The notes: generated by a model not told the origin, from the sequence alone. Positions 10,812-22,022 are shown, counted from the stretch's first letter. The stretch is DNA of 64,000 nt from Bizionia hallyeonensis (GCF_042657385.1 NZ_JBHSLA010000001.1:376746-440745); one strand, 5' to 3'. Translations and numbers: made by a program.

Positions 10812-11792
10812 CTAGTCCTTGGAATCTATTTGGTGTGGCACCTTATTTCTATTGAAAATAGGCAAGTATAATAAGGATAAGCCACCAAATAAAATTATGA
10901 GTAAGGTTTGGGAGGTCCAAATAATCCACCCAAAAGCAATACTTGGTGCTTCGGGAATAGCAAAAATTGAAAATGCCGCATAAATAGCAATTGGGTACGA
11001 GCCAATGCCACCATTGGTAGCTGCAATACTGAAGGTAGCAGAAATAAAACCAATTAAAATAGCGCCAAGCGTTATACCATTTAAAGCTTCAACCGAAAAT
11101 GAAGTAGTATAAAACATCAGCACATACATAGACCAAATGAAAACGGTATGGAATAAAAATGCCCATTTCTTTTTCATTTTAAAAATACTCAATGCGCCTT
11201 CTGCGAGACCTTTTACAAAGTTTTTTATTTTTAATCCGAAACCAGTTTTGCTTTTTCGGATATAAAAAATAAAAACCCCTAAAAGCAAAATAGCCAATAA
11301 AAGATAAATAAGTAAGTTTTTAGGATTAAAACGCTCTATAAAAAAGGCTACGATATAATCGAATTGCAAAAACAGGGTGATTCCAATGATGACTAACAGC
11401 ATAATTAAATCTGCAAAACGTTCGGCTACAATGGAACCAAAACCTTTTTCAAAAGGAACACCTTCATAGGTTGTTAATATAGACGCTCTAGCAACTTCAC
11501 CTGCGCGAGGAATGGTATAATTGATAAGATAAGCCGAAAAAACAGCCATAAAACTATTAGCAAACCGCACTTTATAACCCATAGGCTCTAGCTGAAATAA
11601 CCAACGATAGGATCGAGACAGGTGACTTAAAAGTCCGAAAAACATACCCAACGTTATATAAAAGTAGTTGGCATTTTTAAAATAATCTAGCAATTGGGAC
11701 AGCGGCACTTTGGATAAAGAATACCATATTAAAAAAACTCCCAACAGAATTGGGAGTATAATTTTAAGATATTTTTTTAGTGCAGGGTTCAC
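10812..11792 (-). CDS. lysylphosphatidylglycerol-synthase-TM-domain / flippase-like (UPF0104, TIGR00374-like) membrane protein
   Basis: About 8 TM helices. Conserved N-terminal block SRSYRWLFQLEPMGYKVRFANSFMAVFSAYLINYTIPRAGEVAR matches the UPF0104 family. Confidence 0.6.
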   Translation of the reverse strand: MNPALKKYLKIILPILLGVFLIWYSLSKVPLSQLLDYFKNANYFYITLGMFFGLLSHLSRSYRWLFQLEPMGYKVRFANSFMAVFSAYLINYTIPRAGEVARASILTTYEGVPFEKGFGSIVAERFADLIMLLVIIGITLFLQFDYIVAFFIERFNPKNLLIYLLLAILLLGVFIFYIRKSKTGFGLKIKNFVKGLAEGALSIFKMKKKWAFLFHTVFIWSMYVLMFYTTSFSVEALNGITLGAILIGFISATFSIAATNGGIGSYPIAIYAAFSIFAIPEAPSIAFGWIIWTSQTLLIILFGGLSLLYLPIFNRNKVPHQIDSKD

Positions 11793-11795
11793 TAC

Positions 11796-12146
11796 TTATT
11801 GCAATAGATTATTGTCTTCATTAGGGAAAACTAAAGATGGTTTAAATACTTTAGCTTCTTCAATATCCATAAAAGCGTAGGTAATTAGAATTAAAATATC
11901 ACCTGGAGATACTTTTCGCGCTGCAGCACCATTAAGGGTGATTTCACCGCTATTTCGTGGCCCAGGGATACAATAGGTTTCTAAACGTTCGCCATTATTG
12001 TTATTCACAATTTGTACTTTTTCACCTTGAATAATATTGGCAGCTTCCATTAAATCTTCGTCAATGGTAATACTACCAATATAATGAAGTTCGGCACCTG
12101 TACATTTTACGCGGTGAATTTTAGATTTTACGACTTGAATTTGCAT
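11796..12146 (-). CDS. panD: aspartate 1-decarboxylase
   Basis: 116 aa. [32 protein letters not shown] contains the Gly-Ser self-cleavage site (pyruvoyl formation). Confidence 0.95.
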   Translation of the reverse strand: MQIQVVKSKIHRVKCTGAELHYIGSITIDEDLMEAANIIQGEKVQIVNNNNGERLETYCIPGPRNSGEITLNGAAARKVSPGDILILITYAFMDIEEAKVFKPSLVFPNEDNNLLQ

Positions 12147-12159
12147 ATGGCAAAGATAA

Positions 12160-13008
12160 TTAATTTAATGCGATATTATCAATTAGTCTAATATCGTCCG
12201 CATAGACCGCTATAAAGGCTCTATACGTTTTGGTTTTTGATTTTCTTGAAACTGGTTTCAGCGTTTCTTCGTCCGCAATTATAAAATACTCTAACTGTAA
12301 TAAGTTATGATTACTAAACGCGTTTTCAACCCACTCCGTAACATATTTAGCACTTTTTGTGCCAAACTGTTTTTTGGCAGATTTTAGCGTTTTATAGATA
12401 AATGGTGCTGCTATTTTATACTCTGGTTTTAAGCGTTCGTTTCTGGAGCTTAATGCCAAACCATCTGTACCTCTAAGAATTGGACATCCGTGTATAGTAA
12501 CAGGAATTTGATGTTTTTCAACCAATTTTTTGATAATTGCTAATTGCTGAAAATCCTTTTGTCCAAAATAGGCATGATCTGGTTTAACTATTTCAAATAA
12601 GCGCTTAACAATGGTACCAACCCCATCAAAATGGCCTTCGCGAAAACGCCCTTCCATTTCAAATTCCAAACCGTCAAAGCTAAAATGTTCTGCTTTGGTT
12701 TCTGTTTCATAAATATCAGAAACTTCAGGCGCATAAATTATAATTTGGTTTGAAACTGTATTTAAAAGTTCGGTGTCGCGCGCTAATGTTCGCGGGTAAT
12801 TATTTAAGTCGGTTGCATTATCAAACTGCGTAGGATTCACAAAAATACTGACAACTACAAAGTCATTTTCCTGGAGCGCCTTTGAAACCAAAGACAAATG
12901 TCCTTGGTGCAATGCTCCCATGGTTGGTACAAAACCAATACTAAACTGCTGGTCTTTTAGACCTTGCAAATGTTTTTCAACTTGCCTCTTTTCTGTAAAA
13001 ACAATCAC
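12160..13008 (-). CDS. panC: pantoate--beta-alanine ligase
   Basis: [16 protein letters not shown] (HIGH-like nucleotidyltransferase motif of PanC). 282 aa. Operonic with panD. Confidence 0.95.
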   Translation of the reverse strand: MIVFTEKRQVEKHLQGLKDQQFSIGFVPTMGALHQGHLSLVSKALQENDFVVVSIFVNPTQFDNATDLNNYPRTLARDTELLNTVSNQIIIYAPEVSDIYETETKAEHFSFDGLEFEMEGRFREGHFDGVGTIVKRLFEIVKPDHAYFGQKDFQQLAIIKKLVEKHQIPVTIHGCPILRGTDGLALSSRNERLKPEYKIAAPFIYKTLKSAKKQFGTKSAKYVTEWVENAFSNHNLLQLEYFIIADEETLKPVSRKSKTKTYRAFIAVYADDIRLIDNIALN

Positions 13009-13115
13009 TTAATAAAAATTTAACGCGTGCAAACTTAATATTTTACGGGCAATTAGCATAAAATTTTGTAATTTTGCGTGTTTTTTATTTTGAACTTCAA
13101 AAGCTATTTAATATT

Positions 13116-13925
13116 ATGAAAGATAAGAGGATATTATATGTATCATCTGAAGTAGTTCCGTATTTACCCGAAACTGAAATTTCATCCATGTCATTTGAAA
13201 CACCGCGAATGGTGAATCAATTGGGTGGACAAATTAGAATTTTCATGCCACGATACGGTAATATTAATGAACGCAGACATCAATTACACGAAGTTATAAG
13301 ACTTTCTGGAATCAATTTAGTTATTAATGATTTGGATATGCCACTCATTATTAAAGTTGCTTCCATTCCTAAAGAGCGCATTCAAGTTTACTTTATAGAT
13401 AATGATGAATACTTTAAGCGTAAAGCCACACTCACTGATGAAGAAGGAAATTTATTTCCGGATAATGATGAGCGTGCTATATTTTTTGCAAAAGGGGTTA
13501 TTGAAACCGTTAAAAAATTAAATTGGGCACCAGATATTATTCATGTTCATGGTTGGTTAGCATCCCTATTACCCGTTTACTTAAAAGAATATTACAAAGA
13601 CGAACCTTTATTTAACGATAGTAAAATAGTAACGTCTGTATACAATCAAAGCTTTGATGGTTCGTTAAACAAAGACATGTTTAACAAAATAAAATTTGAT
13701 AACATCAGTGAAGATGCTATAAAAACCCTTAAAGATCCAACCTATAATAACGTAATGAAGGTTGCAATTGATTATTCAGACGCCTTAATTATTGGATCAG
13801 AGGATCTTCCAGAAGATTTAACAAAACATTTAAAAGATTCTAAAAAACCTGTTTTAGATTACAAGCCCAAAGACGAGTTTGGTGAAGCCTATGCTGAATT
13901 TTATAATTCAGAGGTGTTAAGCTAA
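13116..13925 (+). CDS. glycogen/starch-synthase-like short protein. Start moved to MKDKRILYVS.
   Basis: N-terminal MKDKRILYVSSEVVPYLPETEIS resembles the glycogen synthase N-terminal domain. The conserved Flavobacteriia synteny panC / GS-like / DUF4270 / glmS supports it. Confidence 0.6.
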   Translation: MKDKRILYVSSEVVPYLPETEISSMSFETPRMVNQLGGQIRIFMPRYGNINERRHQLHEVIRLSGINLVINDLDMPLIIKVASIPKERIQVYFIDNDEYFKRKATLTDEEGNLFPDNDERAIFFAKGVIETVKKLNWAPDIIHVHGWLASLLPVYLKEYYKDEPLFNDSKIVTSVYNQSFDGSLNKDMFNKIKFDNISEDAIKTLKDPTYNNVMKVAIDYSDALIIGSEDLPEDLTKHLKDSKKPVLDYKPKDEFGEAYAEFYNSEVLS

Positions 13926-13948
13926 ATTATTTGCGCTAAATATTTACT

Positions 13949-15586
13949 ATGAAAAAAACAATAAACCTGTATAAAACAATAGCAGCTGTGGGCTGTTTAT
14001 TACTAACAGTTGTCGCTTGCGAAAAGGATTTCTCAACGATTGAAAGTGAAATTGAAGGCATTAAAGACTTTACTACAGCCGGAAAAATTTTCCCTTCTAT
14101 TATGTATGACAAAAAATTAGAACCTGTTCAAACTAATGGCCTACCATCAAATTTATTAGGAATTTATTTCGATAAAATTTATGGCAGGACAACAGCCAAT
14201 ATCGTAACACAAGTTGTACCATCTAATTTTGAATTTAATTTTGGTGAAGATCCGAAAGTGGAATCTGTTTATTTATCTATTCCTTATTACTCTAGAGTTG
14301 ATGGATCGGATTCAGAAGGAAACAACACATATGTTTTAGATTCTACATTTGGTTCTAATGACACCTATAAATTATCCGTTTATCAAAACAATTATTTTTT
14401 ACGTGATTTTGATCCAGGAACAGATTTAACAGAGCCTCAAAAATTCTATTCTAACGCCAATGAAAACATTAATTTTGATAATTACACAGGCGAATTATTG
14501 TTTGAAGATGACAGCTATATTCCTAGTAATAATCCAACAATAATTACAGAATATAACGAGGAAACAGACACGGAAGAAGAGATTAGTCGTAGTGCACCAA
14601 GTTTACGCGTTCAAATGTTTAACCCAGGTGATTTTTGGGATAATTTATTTTTCTTTAATACGGCAAGTCCAGGCTCACAAACGGAATTGAGCAATGCCAA
14701 TAATTTTAAAAATTATTTTAGAGGTTTATATTTTAAAGTTGAAGACCTTTCTGGAGGGCAAGGAAATATGGCAATGCTTGATTTTTCACAAGGAACAATT
14801 GTAGTTAATTACAGCTCCACCATATCGACCGGTTTTGATGATGAGGGAAATCCCATAGAAGGTCGTGATGAACGTAAAATTACTATGAATTTTTCTGGCA
14901 ATCGTTTAAATACGATTGAAAATTCTGATTCTGTAAAAAACCTTATAAATACGGCTACATCAAACACCGACACTAATAATGGTGACACAAATGTATATTT
15001 AAAAGGTGGCGAAGGTAGTTTTGCTGTTATTGATTTGTTTTCTGGTAATATGGAAGATGATGAAGGCGTTAGTGTTCCGGCTTTAGACTATTTTAAAGGT
15101 AAGAAAGGAAAATGGCTGATTAATGAGGCTAATTTAGTATTATATGTCAATCAAAATGAAGTTAACAATTCGGGACAAGAGCCTGATCGCGTTATAATTT
15201 ACGATTTGAAGAATAATACACCTATTGTTGATTATTTTCTGGATCCCACAGTTAGCACCACAAATCCGCTTTACTCCAGAGTCAATTATTCAGAAAAGCT
15301 TAAACGAGACGGTAATAACAAAGGCTTAAAATATAAATTTCGTTTGACAGAGCACATCAATAATATTCTATTACGTGATTCTACAAATTTAAAATTGGGT
15401 GTTTTTGTAACAACAAATATAAATCTAACTCAAAATGCGAGTGTACTTAATGTACCGGATGAAAAATTATCAAACGGTTCTGTTTTATCGCCAAGAAGTA
15501 CGGTTTTACATGGTAGTAATCCAAGTGTCCCGGACACTAAAAAAGTGAAATTCGAGATTTTTTATACCGAACCAAATAACAATTAA
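13949..15586 (+). CDS. DUF4270-family lipoprotein
   Basis: Lipoprotein signal with cysteine (LLTVVACEKD). Ser/Asn/Thr-rich, 545 aa. Its position between the GS-like gene and glmS is typical for DUF4270. Confidence 0.5.
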   Translation: MKKTINLYKTIAAVGCLLLTVVACEKDFSTIESEIEGIKDFTTAGKIFPSIMYDKKLEPVQTNGLPSNLLGIYFDKIYGRTTANIVTQVVPSNFEFNFGEDPKVESVYLSIPYYSRVDGSDSEGNNTYVLDSTFGSNDTYKLSVYQNNYFLRDFDPGTDLTEPQKFYSNANENINFDNYTGELLFEDDSYIPSNNPTIITEYNEETDTEEEISRSAPSLRVQMFNPGDFWDNLFFFNTASPGSQTELSNANNFKNYFRGLYFKVEDLSGGQGNMAMLDFSQGTIVVNYSSTISTGFDDEGNPIEGRDERKITMNFSGNRLNTIENSDSVKNLINTATSNTDTNNGDTNVYLKGGEGSFAVIDLFSGNMEDDEGVSVPALDYFKGKKGKWLINEANLVLYVNQNEVNNSGQEPDRVIIYDLKNNTPIVDYFLDPTVSTTNPLYSRVNYSEKLKRDGNNKGLKYKFRLTEHINNILLRDSTNLKLGVFVTTNINLTQNASVLNVPDEKLSNGSVLSPRSTVLHGSNPSVPDTKKVKFEIFYTEPNNN

Positions 15587-15589
15587 GAT

Positions 15590-17437
15590 ATGTGTGGTAT
15601 TGTAGGATATATAGGTCATCGTGAAGCCTATCCAATAGTAATTCAAGGACTTAAGCGTTTAGAATATAGAGGTTATGACAGCGCAGGTGTTGCCCTTTTT
15701 GATGGTACCGAATTAAAGGTTTGCAAAACAAAAGGTAAAGTAGCTGATTTAGAAAAACTAGCCGCAAGTGAAATGACAACAAACGGTAATATAGCCATTG
15801 GTCATACACGTTGGGCAACACATGGTGTGCCTAATGATGTTAATGCGCACCCACATTACTCTAATTCTGGCGAATTAGTCATTATTCACAATGGTATTAT
15901 TGAAAACTACGATTCACTCCGAAAAGAATTAACATCTAGAGGTTATACGTTTCAATCAGATACAGATACGGAAGTATTAATTAATCTTATTGAAGACGTA
16001 AAAAAGAAAGAAAATGTAAAATTAGGTAAAGCTGTTCAAATTGCATTAAACCAAGTAATTGGCGCTTATGCTATTGCTGTTTTCGATAAAAATAAACCAG
16101 ACGAAATTGTTATTGCAAGACTTGGAAGTCCATTAGCCGTTGGTATTGGCGAAAATGAATTCTTTATAGCTAGTGATGCTTCACCATTTTTAGAATATAC
16201 AAAAAATGCTGTGTATTTGGAAGATGAAGAAATGGCCATCATTCGTTTAGGCAAAGGTATTAAAGTTAGAAAAATTAAAGATGATTCTTTAGTAGTGCCA
16301 TATGTTCAAGAATTACAAATGAATTTAGAGCAAATTGAAAAAGGTGGTTATCCACATTTCATGCTAAAAGAAATATTTGAACAACCAAATGCCATTAGAG
16401 ACACCTATAGAGGACGCTTATTAGTTAATGAAGGCATTATCAGAATGGCTGGAATTGACGATAATCTTGAGCGTTTTTTAAATGCGAATCGTATTATTAT
16501 TGTAGCCTGTGGTACATCATGGCACGCAGGATTAGTAGCTGAATATATTTTTGAAGATTTAGCACGAATTCCTGTTGAAGTAGAATATGCTTCGGAGTTC
16601 AGATATCGAAATCCAGTTATTACCGATCAAGATGTGGTTATTGCCATTTCACAATCTGGTGAAACTGCTGACACACTTGCAGCTATTAAATTAGCCAAAT
16701 CGCATGGTGCATTTGTATTTGGAGTTTGCAACGTTGTGGGTTCTTCTATTGCAAGAGAAACTCATGCAGGAGCTTATACGCATGCCGGACCAGAGATTGG
16801 TGTAGCATCCACAAAAGCGTTTACAACACAAATTACGTTACTTACTTTAATTGCCTTAAAGTTGGCAAAAAATAAAGGTACAATTTCTAAATCGGATTTT
16901 CACTACCACCTTCAAGAATTAGAATTAATTCCGGAGAAAGTTTCAAAAGCCTTACAATCTGACGAGCATATTAAAGCCGTTGCTGCCATTTATAAAAATG
17001 CCAAAAACTGTTTATATTTAGGAAGAGGTTATAATTTCCCTGTAGCCTTAGAAGGCGCTTTAAAGCTTAAAGAAATTTCATATATTCATGCAGAAGGCTA
17101 TCCTGCTGCCGAAATGAAACACGGACCAATAGCTTTAATTGATGAACAAATGCCTATTGTAGTTATTGCAACAAAAAAAGGGCATTATGAAAAAGTAGTT
17201 AGTAATATTGAAGAAATCAAAGCTAGAAAAGGTAAAATAATTGGTATTGTTACAGAAGGTGACACCAATGTAAAACAATTAGCCGATCATGTTATTGAAG
17301 TTCCAGAAACTTTAGAGTGTTTATCTCCACTATTAACAACTATTCCATTACAGTTATTATCTTATCATATAGCTGTCATGCTAGGAAAAAATGTGGATCA
17401 ACCTAGAAATTTAGCCAAGTCTGTCACCGTTGAATAA
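15590..17437 (+). CDS. glmS: glutamine--fructose-6-phosphate aminotransferase (isomerizing)
   Basis: N-terminal MCGIVGYIG (Ntn Cys1 amidotransferase), two SIS domains, C-terminal ...AKSVTVE. 615 aa. Confidence 0.97.
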   Translation: MCGIVGYIGHREAYPIVIQGLKRLEYRGYDSAGVALFDGTELKVCKTKGKVADLEKLAASEMTTNGNIAIGHTRWATHGVPNDVNAHPHYSNSGELVIIHNGIIENYDSLRKELTSRGYTFQSDTDTEVLINLIEDVKKKENVKLGKAVQIALNQVIGAYAIAVFDKNKPDEIVIARLGSPLAVGIGENEFFIASDASPFLEYTKNAVYLEDEEMAIIRLGKGIKVRKIKDDSLVVPYVQELQMNLEQIEKGGYPHFMLKEIFEQPNAIRDTYRGRLLVNEGIIRMAGIDDNLERFLNANRIIIVACGTSWHAGLVAEYIFEDLARIPVEVEYASEFRYRNPVITDQDVVIAISQSGETADTLAAIKLAKSHGAFVFGVCNVVGSSIARETHAGAYTHAGPEIGVASTKAFTTQITLLTLIALKLAKNKGTISKSDFHYHLQELELIPEKVSKALQSDEHIKAVAAIYKNAKNCLYLGRGYNFPVALEGALKLKEISYIHAEGYPAAEMKHGPIALIDEQMPIVVIATKKGHYEKVVSNIEEIKARKGKIIGIVTEGDTNVKQLADHVIEVPETLECLSPLLTTIPLQLLSYHIAVMLGKNVDQPRNLAKSVTVE

Positions 17438-17593
17438 TCCTCTTTATTAAGGGTATCTCATTCAGGTTTATTTAGTTAGTATCATATTAGAATGACTAAT
17501 TTTTACTATGCTTGCATAAAATTTTAGAATTTTTTATTAAGTTTTGTTATAATTATCTATATTGCTACTATAATAACTAACTTAAACGAAAAA

Positions 17594-20320
17594 ATGAGAT
17601 CAATTCTTTCAATTTTATTGTTGTTTTCCTGTGCGATAACCTTTGCACAAACAACAATTTCAGGAACAGTTGTGGATGGAAGTGAACAACCAATTCCGGG
17701 CGCAAATGTTATAGTAGTAGGAACCGCAACCGGTACAATTACTGATTTTGACGGTGCTTTTACCCTTACAGTATCCCAAGTTCCTCCATTTACAATTCAA
17801 GCAAGTAGTGTTGGATTCGAATCTGCTTCAGTAGAAGTGACTTCAAGTAGCGACTCTGTTAAACTCGTGCTTTCTGAAGGAACTGCTTTGGATGAAGTCG
17901 TTATTTCAGCTTCCAGAACACCAGAACGTATTTTTGAATCTCCGGTAACTGTTGAACGTTTCGGGTTGAAAGAAATTAAAAACACGGCTTCTGCCGATTT
18001 TTATGGTGGTTTAGAAAACTTGAAAGGTGTTGATGTTAACACAAACAGTTTAACCTTTAAATCTATTAACACAAGAGGTTTTGCTGCCTTTTCAAATACC
18101 CGATTTATGCAGTTAGTAGATGGCATGGATAATTCCACACCTGCCTTAAACTTCCCAATTGGAAATTTAGTGGGTATGACTGAAACGGATGTATTAAGCG
18201 TTGAATTATTACCTGGTGCAGCTTCTGCTCTTTATGGTGCTAACGCATTTAATGGTATCTTATTTATGCGTAGTAAAAACCCATTTGACCATGCTGGTAT
18301 TAGCGGTTATGTAAAACAAGGTATTACATCGCAAGACGCGGGTGGTGACAATAGCTATACCGATGTTGGTATCCGAATGGCTTATAAATTTTCAGATAAA
18401 TTTGCCGCTAAAGTTAATTTTGGCTGGTTAAGCGGAACGGATTGGGTGGCCAATAATTATGTAGGAAAACCAGGCACTGGTGCTACAAGAGCTGCTGTTG
18501 ATTATGACGGTTACAATATATATGGTGATGAAGTGTCTACAAACATTAGAGCTGCTTCTGGTGGTTTAGGTATCATTCCAAATGTTGTAGTAAGTAGAAC
18601 GGGATATGAAGAGCGCGAATTAACAGATTACAATGCCGAAAGTATTAAAGCTGACTGGGGTTTATACTACAGACCATGGGCCAGCGATTTTGAAATTGCT
18701 TATGTTGGTAAAATTGGTACAGGTTCTACCCTCTATCAAGGAACAAACCGTTATAACATTGATAACTTTACACAACAACAACATAAAATAGAAGTTAGAA
18801 ATGATAATTTCTTTGTAAGAGGTTATGTGGTAGCTGATAAAGCAGGTGATTCTTACGATATGGTATTTACAGGTATCAACATTAACCGTCAATGGAAAAG
18901 TGACGAAGATTGGTTTGGAGACTATATTAACACCTTTGCTGGTGCAACTTTAGGTGGTGCTACAGAAGCTCAAGCTCATGCAGCAGCAAGACTCGTTGCA
19001 GATGATGGTCGTTTAGAGCCTGGATCAGATGCCTTTAAAAGAGCGTTTGATAAAGTAATTGCTAATCCAGATTTATCAGTAGGATCTCGTTTCCAGGATG
19101 CATCTAAATATTATCATTCAGATGCTAACTATAACTTTAGTCATTTAATCGATTTTGCAGAAATTCAAGTTGGTGGTTCGTTTAGACAATACGACTTAAA
19201 TTCTTCAGGTACCATTTACACGGATTTTGACGGACCAATTCAGTATTCTGAATTTGGTATCTATACTCAAATCCAAAAAGAATTAGAGTTAAACGAAAGT
19301 TTAAAGTTGAAATTAACAGGTTCGTTACGTTATGATAAATCAGAATTATTTGAAGGGTTCTTATCTCCTAGAATCTCAGCTGGTTTTACACTTAACGAAG
19401 ACCACAACATTAGAGGGTCTTTCCAAACAGGATTTAGAAATCCATCAACACAAGATTTATTTATCGGTTTAGATGCCGGCCGCGCTGTATTAGTAGGTTC
19501 AGCTGAATCTAATTTAGATCGCGATGTTAGAACATACCCTATAAGTACAGCTGGTCAACTTGCTAATCAAGGTTCAACTTCAGTAGTTACAGGACGTATG
19601 GCTTATGAAAACTCATTTACATTAAACTCGGTACAAAATGGTGCACCTGTTGCTTCAGATGTAGATATCGTTAAGCCAGAGCAAGTAACATCTATTGAAG
19701 TAGGATATCGTGGTAAAGTAAAGCGATTAATTATTGATGCTAGTGTTTATTTCAACTCGTATTCAGATTTTATTTCAAATGAAACAGTTGTTGTTCCTTT
19801 ATACGGAACAGTTGGAGACAATACCTTATCATTATTAGCACTGCAAAATGGTGACTTTGAAGCATACCAGACATATACAAATTCTGATGCGAATATTGAG
19901 TCTTATGGAGCTGCCATTGGTTTATCAACCAAAATTTTTGGGAATTATGATTTAGGCGCAAACTATACGTTTACAAAACAAGAGTTTGACCAAGCTCAAT
20001 ATCCAGATTTCAGAACAAGCTTTAACACACCAGAGCACAAAGTGAAAATGTCTATCGGCAACACAAATGTTATTAAAAATTTAGGTTTTAATTTAGCATG
20101 GAGATGGAGTGATTCTTATTTCTGGCAAGCAACTTTTGGCGATGGTGAAATTCCATCATACCATACAATAGACGCTCAATTAAGCTATACCCTTCCTAAA
20201 TTTAAATCTGTAATTAAAGTAGGTGCTACCAATTTATTAGGTGACGAATATTACACAGCCATTGGTACTGGTAATATAGGATCTATGTATTACGCCTCAA
20301 TAGTAATTAACAACTTATAA
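17594..20320 (+). CDS. TonB-dependent outer-membrane receptor with an N-terminal carboxypeptidase-regulatory-like domain
   Basis: Signal peptide. CarbopepD_reg segment TISGTVVDGSEQPIPGANVIVVGT...DFDGAFTL. Plug region DEVVISASRTPERIFESPVTVERF. 908 aa of beta-barrel. Confidence 0.8.
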   Translation: MRSILSILLLFSCAITFAQTTISGTVVDGSEQPIPGANVIVVGTATGTITDFDGAFTLTVSQVPPFTIQASSVGFESASVEVTSSSDSVKLVLSEGTALDEVVISASRTPERIFESPVTVERFGLKEIKNTASADFYGGLENLKGVDVNTNSLTFKSINTRGFAAFSNTRFMQLVDGMDNSTPALNFPIGNLVGMTETDVLSVELLPGAASALYGANAFNGILFMRSKNPFDHAGISGYVKQGITSQDAGGDNSYTDVGIRMAYKFSDKFAAKVNFGWLSGTDWVANNYVGKPGTGATRAAVDYDGYNIYGDEVSTNIRAASGGLGIIPNVVVSRTGYEERELTDYNAESIKADWGLYYRPWASDFEIAYVGKIGTGSTLYQGTNRYNIDNFTQQQHKIEVRNDNFFVRGYVVADKAGDSYDMVFTGININRQWKSDEDWFGDYINTFAGATLGGATEAQAHAAARLVADDGRLEPGSDAFKRAFDKVIANPDLSVGSRFQDASKYYHSDANYNFSHLIDFAEIQVGGSFRQYDLNSSGTIYTDFDGPIQYSEFGIYTQIQKELELNESLKLKLTGSLRYDKSELFEGFLSPRISAGFTLNEDHNIRGSFQTGFRNPSTQDLFIGLDAGRAVLVGSAESNLDRDVRTYPISTAGQLANQGSTSVVTGRMAYENSFTLNSVQNGAPVASDVDIVKPEQVTSIEVGYRGKVKRLIIDASVYFNSYSDFISNETVVVPLYGTVGDNTLSLLALQNGDFEAYQTYTNSDANIESYGAAIGLSTKIFGNYDLGANYTFTKQEFDQAQYPDFRTSFNTPEHKVKMSIGNTNVIKNLGFNLAWRWSDSYFWQATFGDGEIPSYHTIDAQLSYTLPKFKSVIKVGATNLLGDEYYTAIGTGNIGSMYYASIVINNL

Positions 20321-20324
20321 AATT

Positions 20325-21971
20325 ATGAAAAAGATAACACGAGAAATCAAATATATTTGTCTACTAGCAGCAACCATTACCTTATCTGCTTGTAGTAGTG
20401 ATGATGATGCTGCATCGGACTCAACAATTCAGTATCCTGCATTAGTTACTGGCGATGCCGACTTTTCTAAATACGTAGCTGTGGGCGCATCCTTTTCAGC
20501 TGGTTTTACCGACAATGCCTTGTTTGCTGCTGCGCAGAACAATTCTTTTCCAAATATGCTCTCGCAAAAATTTGCTTTAGCAGGAGGTGGCTCATTTAGT
20601 CAACCTTTAATGGCCGATAATATTGGCGGCTTATTATTTAATGGAATGCCTGTTTTTGATGCCGATGGTAATAGGCAATTTGGACCTAGACTGTTCTTTG
20701 ACGGATCAGGACCAACACCTTTAAACGCCATGTCAACTACAGAAGCTACAAATGTACTTTCTGGTCCGTTTAACAACTATGGTGTTCCCGGCCTTAAAAG
20801 TTTTCATTTAGGCGTAGCAGGATATGGTTTTGCTAACCCTTACTTTGGCAGAATGGCCTCTAATCCAATGGCCACAGTACTTGGTGATGCTGCCGCTCAA
20901 GCTCCAACATTTTTTAGCTTATCAGAAATTGGCGGTAATGATGTTTTAAGTTATGCTATATCTGGAGGAACAGGTGTAGACCAAACAGGAAATTTCGACC
21001 CATCAACTTATGGTCCTAATGATATTACAGACCCGAATGTGTTTTCAGGTTCTTTTACTGCAGCTGTTAATGCCTTAATTGGAGCCAACAATGCAAAGGG
21101 TGTTGTTACTAACGTACCTTATATAACTACGTTAGCGCACTTTACAACGGTACCTTATAACCCATTAGATCCTTCAGAAAACGATGATTTTGCTGCTCAA
21201 GTTCCAACATTAAACAATGTATTTGGCGCTTTGAACCCAATTTTTAACGCTGTAGACCCAAGCCGTGCTATAGTTTTTTCTGAAACAGAACCAAGTCCTG
21301 TAGTAATTAAAGATGAATCGCTTACAGATATTTCAACTATAATAACCACACAATTACTAGCAAGCCCAACATTCCCTGCATTTATAGCACAATTTGGTTT
21401 ACCGCCTGCAGCGGCACCACTTGTAGCTGGTTTACTAGGTCAAACATATGGTCAATCAAGACAAGCAACTCCAGCTGATTTATTTGTACTACCAAGTAGT
21501 AGTATTATAGGTCAGGTAAATGAAACTTATGCTGGTTTTTTAATTGGACAAGGTTTATCAGCTGCGGTAGCTGGTCAATTTTCTGTAGAAGGTGTTACCT
21601 TGCCATTAGCAGACAAATGGGTTCTTATTCCTAGTGAGCAAGCAGCAATTACGGCAGCTACCGATGCATACAACGCTTCTATTCAAACTATAGCATCAGA
21701 TAATGGTTTGGCTCTTGTGGACTTCAAAGGTATTTTAGAACAGGCTGCTACAACAGGTTATCCTTCAGGGGACTTTATTTACAATACAGCTTTAGTTAGA
21801 GGTGGTTTAGTAAGTTTAGATGGTGTGCATCTAACAGCTAGAGGCTATGCCATAATAGCAAACGAAATGATGAAAGCTATTGATGCTACCTATGGTAGTA
21901 ATTTTGAAGCTTCTGGAAATTTAATTGATCCAGGAACAAAGCCAACAAATTACCCACCAACATTACGCTAA
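20325..21971 (+). CDS. SGNH/GDSL-hydrolase-like surface lipoprotein
   Basis: Lipobox LSACSS. SGNH-like blocks: VAVGASFSAG (block I-like), SLSEIGGNDVL (block III GGND) and DGVHLTARGY (block V DxxH). 4 nt after the TBDR stop. Confidence 0.5.
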   Translation: MKKITREIKYICLLAATITLSACSSDDDAASDSTIQYPALVTGDADFSKYVAVGASFSAGFTDNALFAAAQNNSFPNMLSQKFALAGGGSFSQPLMADNIGGLLFNGMPVFDADGNRQFGPRLFFDGSGPTPLNAMSTTEATNVLSGPFNNYGVPGLKSFHLGVAGYGFANPYFGRMASNPMATVLGDAAAQAPTFFSLSEIGGNDVLSYAISGGTGVDQTGNFDPSTYGPNDITDPNVFSGSFTAAVNALIGANNAKGVVTNVPYITTLAHFTTVPYNPLDPSENDDFAAQVPTLNNVFGALNPIFNAVDPSRAIVFSETEPSPVVIKDESLTDISTIITTQLLASPTFPAFIAQFGLPPAAAPLVAGLLGQTYGQSRQATPADLFVLPSSSIIGQVNETYAGFLIGQGLSAAVAGQFSVEGVTLPLADKWVLIPSEQAAITAATDAYNASIQTIASDNGLALVDFKGILEQAATTGYPSGDFIYNTALVRGGLVSLDGVHLTARGYAIIANEMMKAIDATYGSNFEASGNLIDPGTKPTNYPPTLR

Positions 21972-21995
21972 AAACAATCTTTTTTATATAAATAG

Positions 21996-22022
21996 GAAAG
22001 CCCTCAAATAGAGGGCTTTTTT
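21996..22022 (+). terminator. rho-independent terminator after the lipoprotein gene
   Basis: GAAAGCCCTC-aaata-GAGGGCTTTT followed by TT. Confidence 0.6.

Noticed and set aside
16066-19961. Small ORFs antisense to glmS and the TBDR (16066..16254, 17797..17985, 18662..18892, 19770..19961)
   Set aside because: Inside well-supported genes on the opposite strand.
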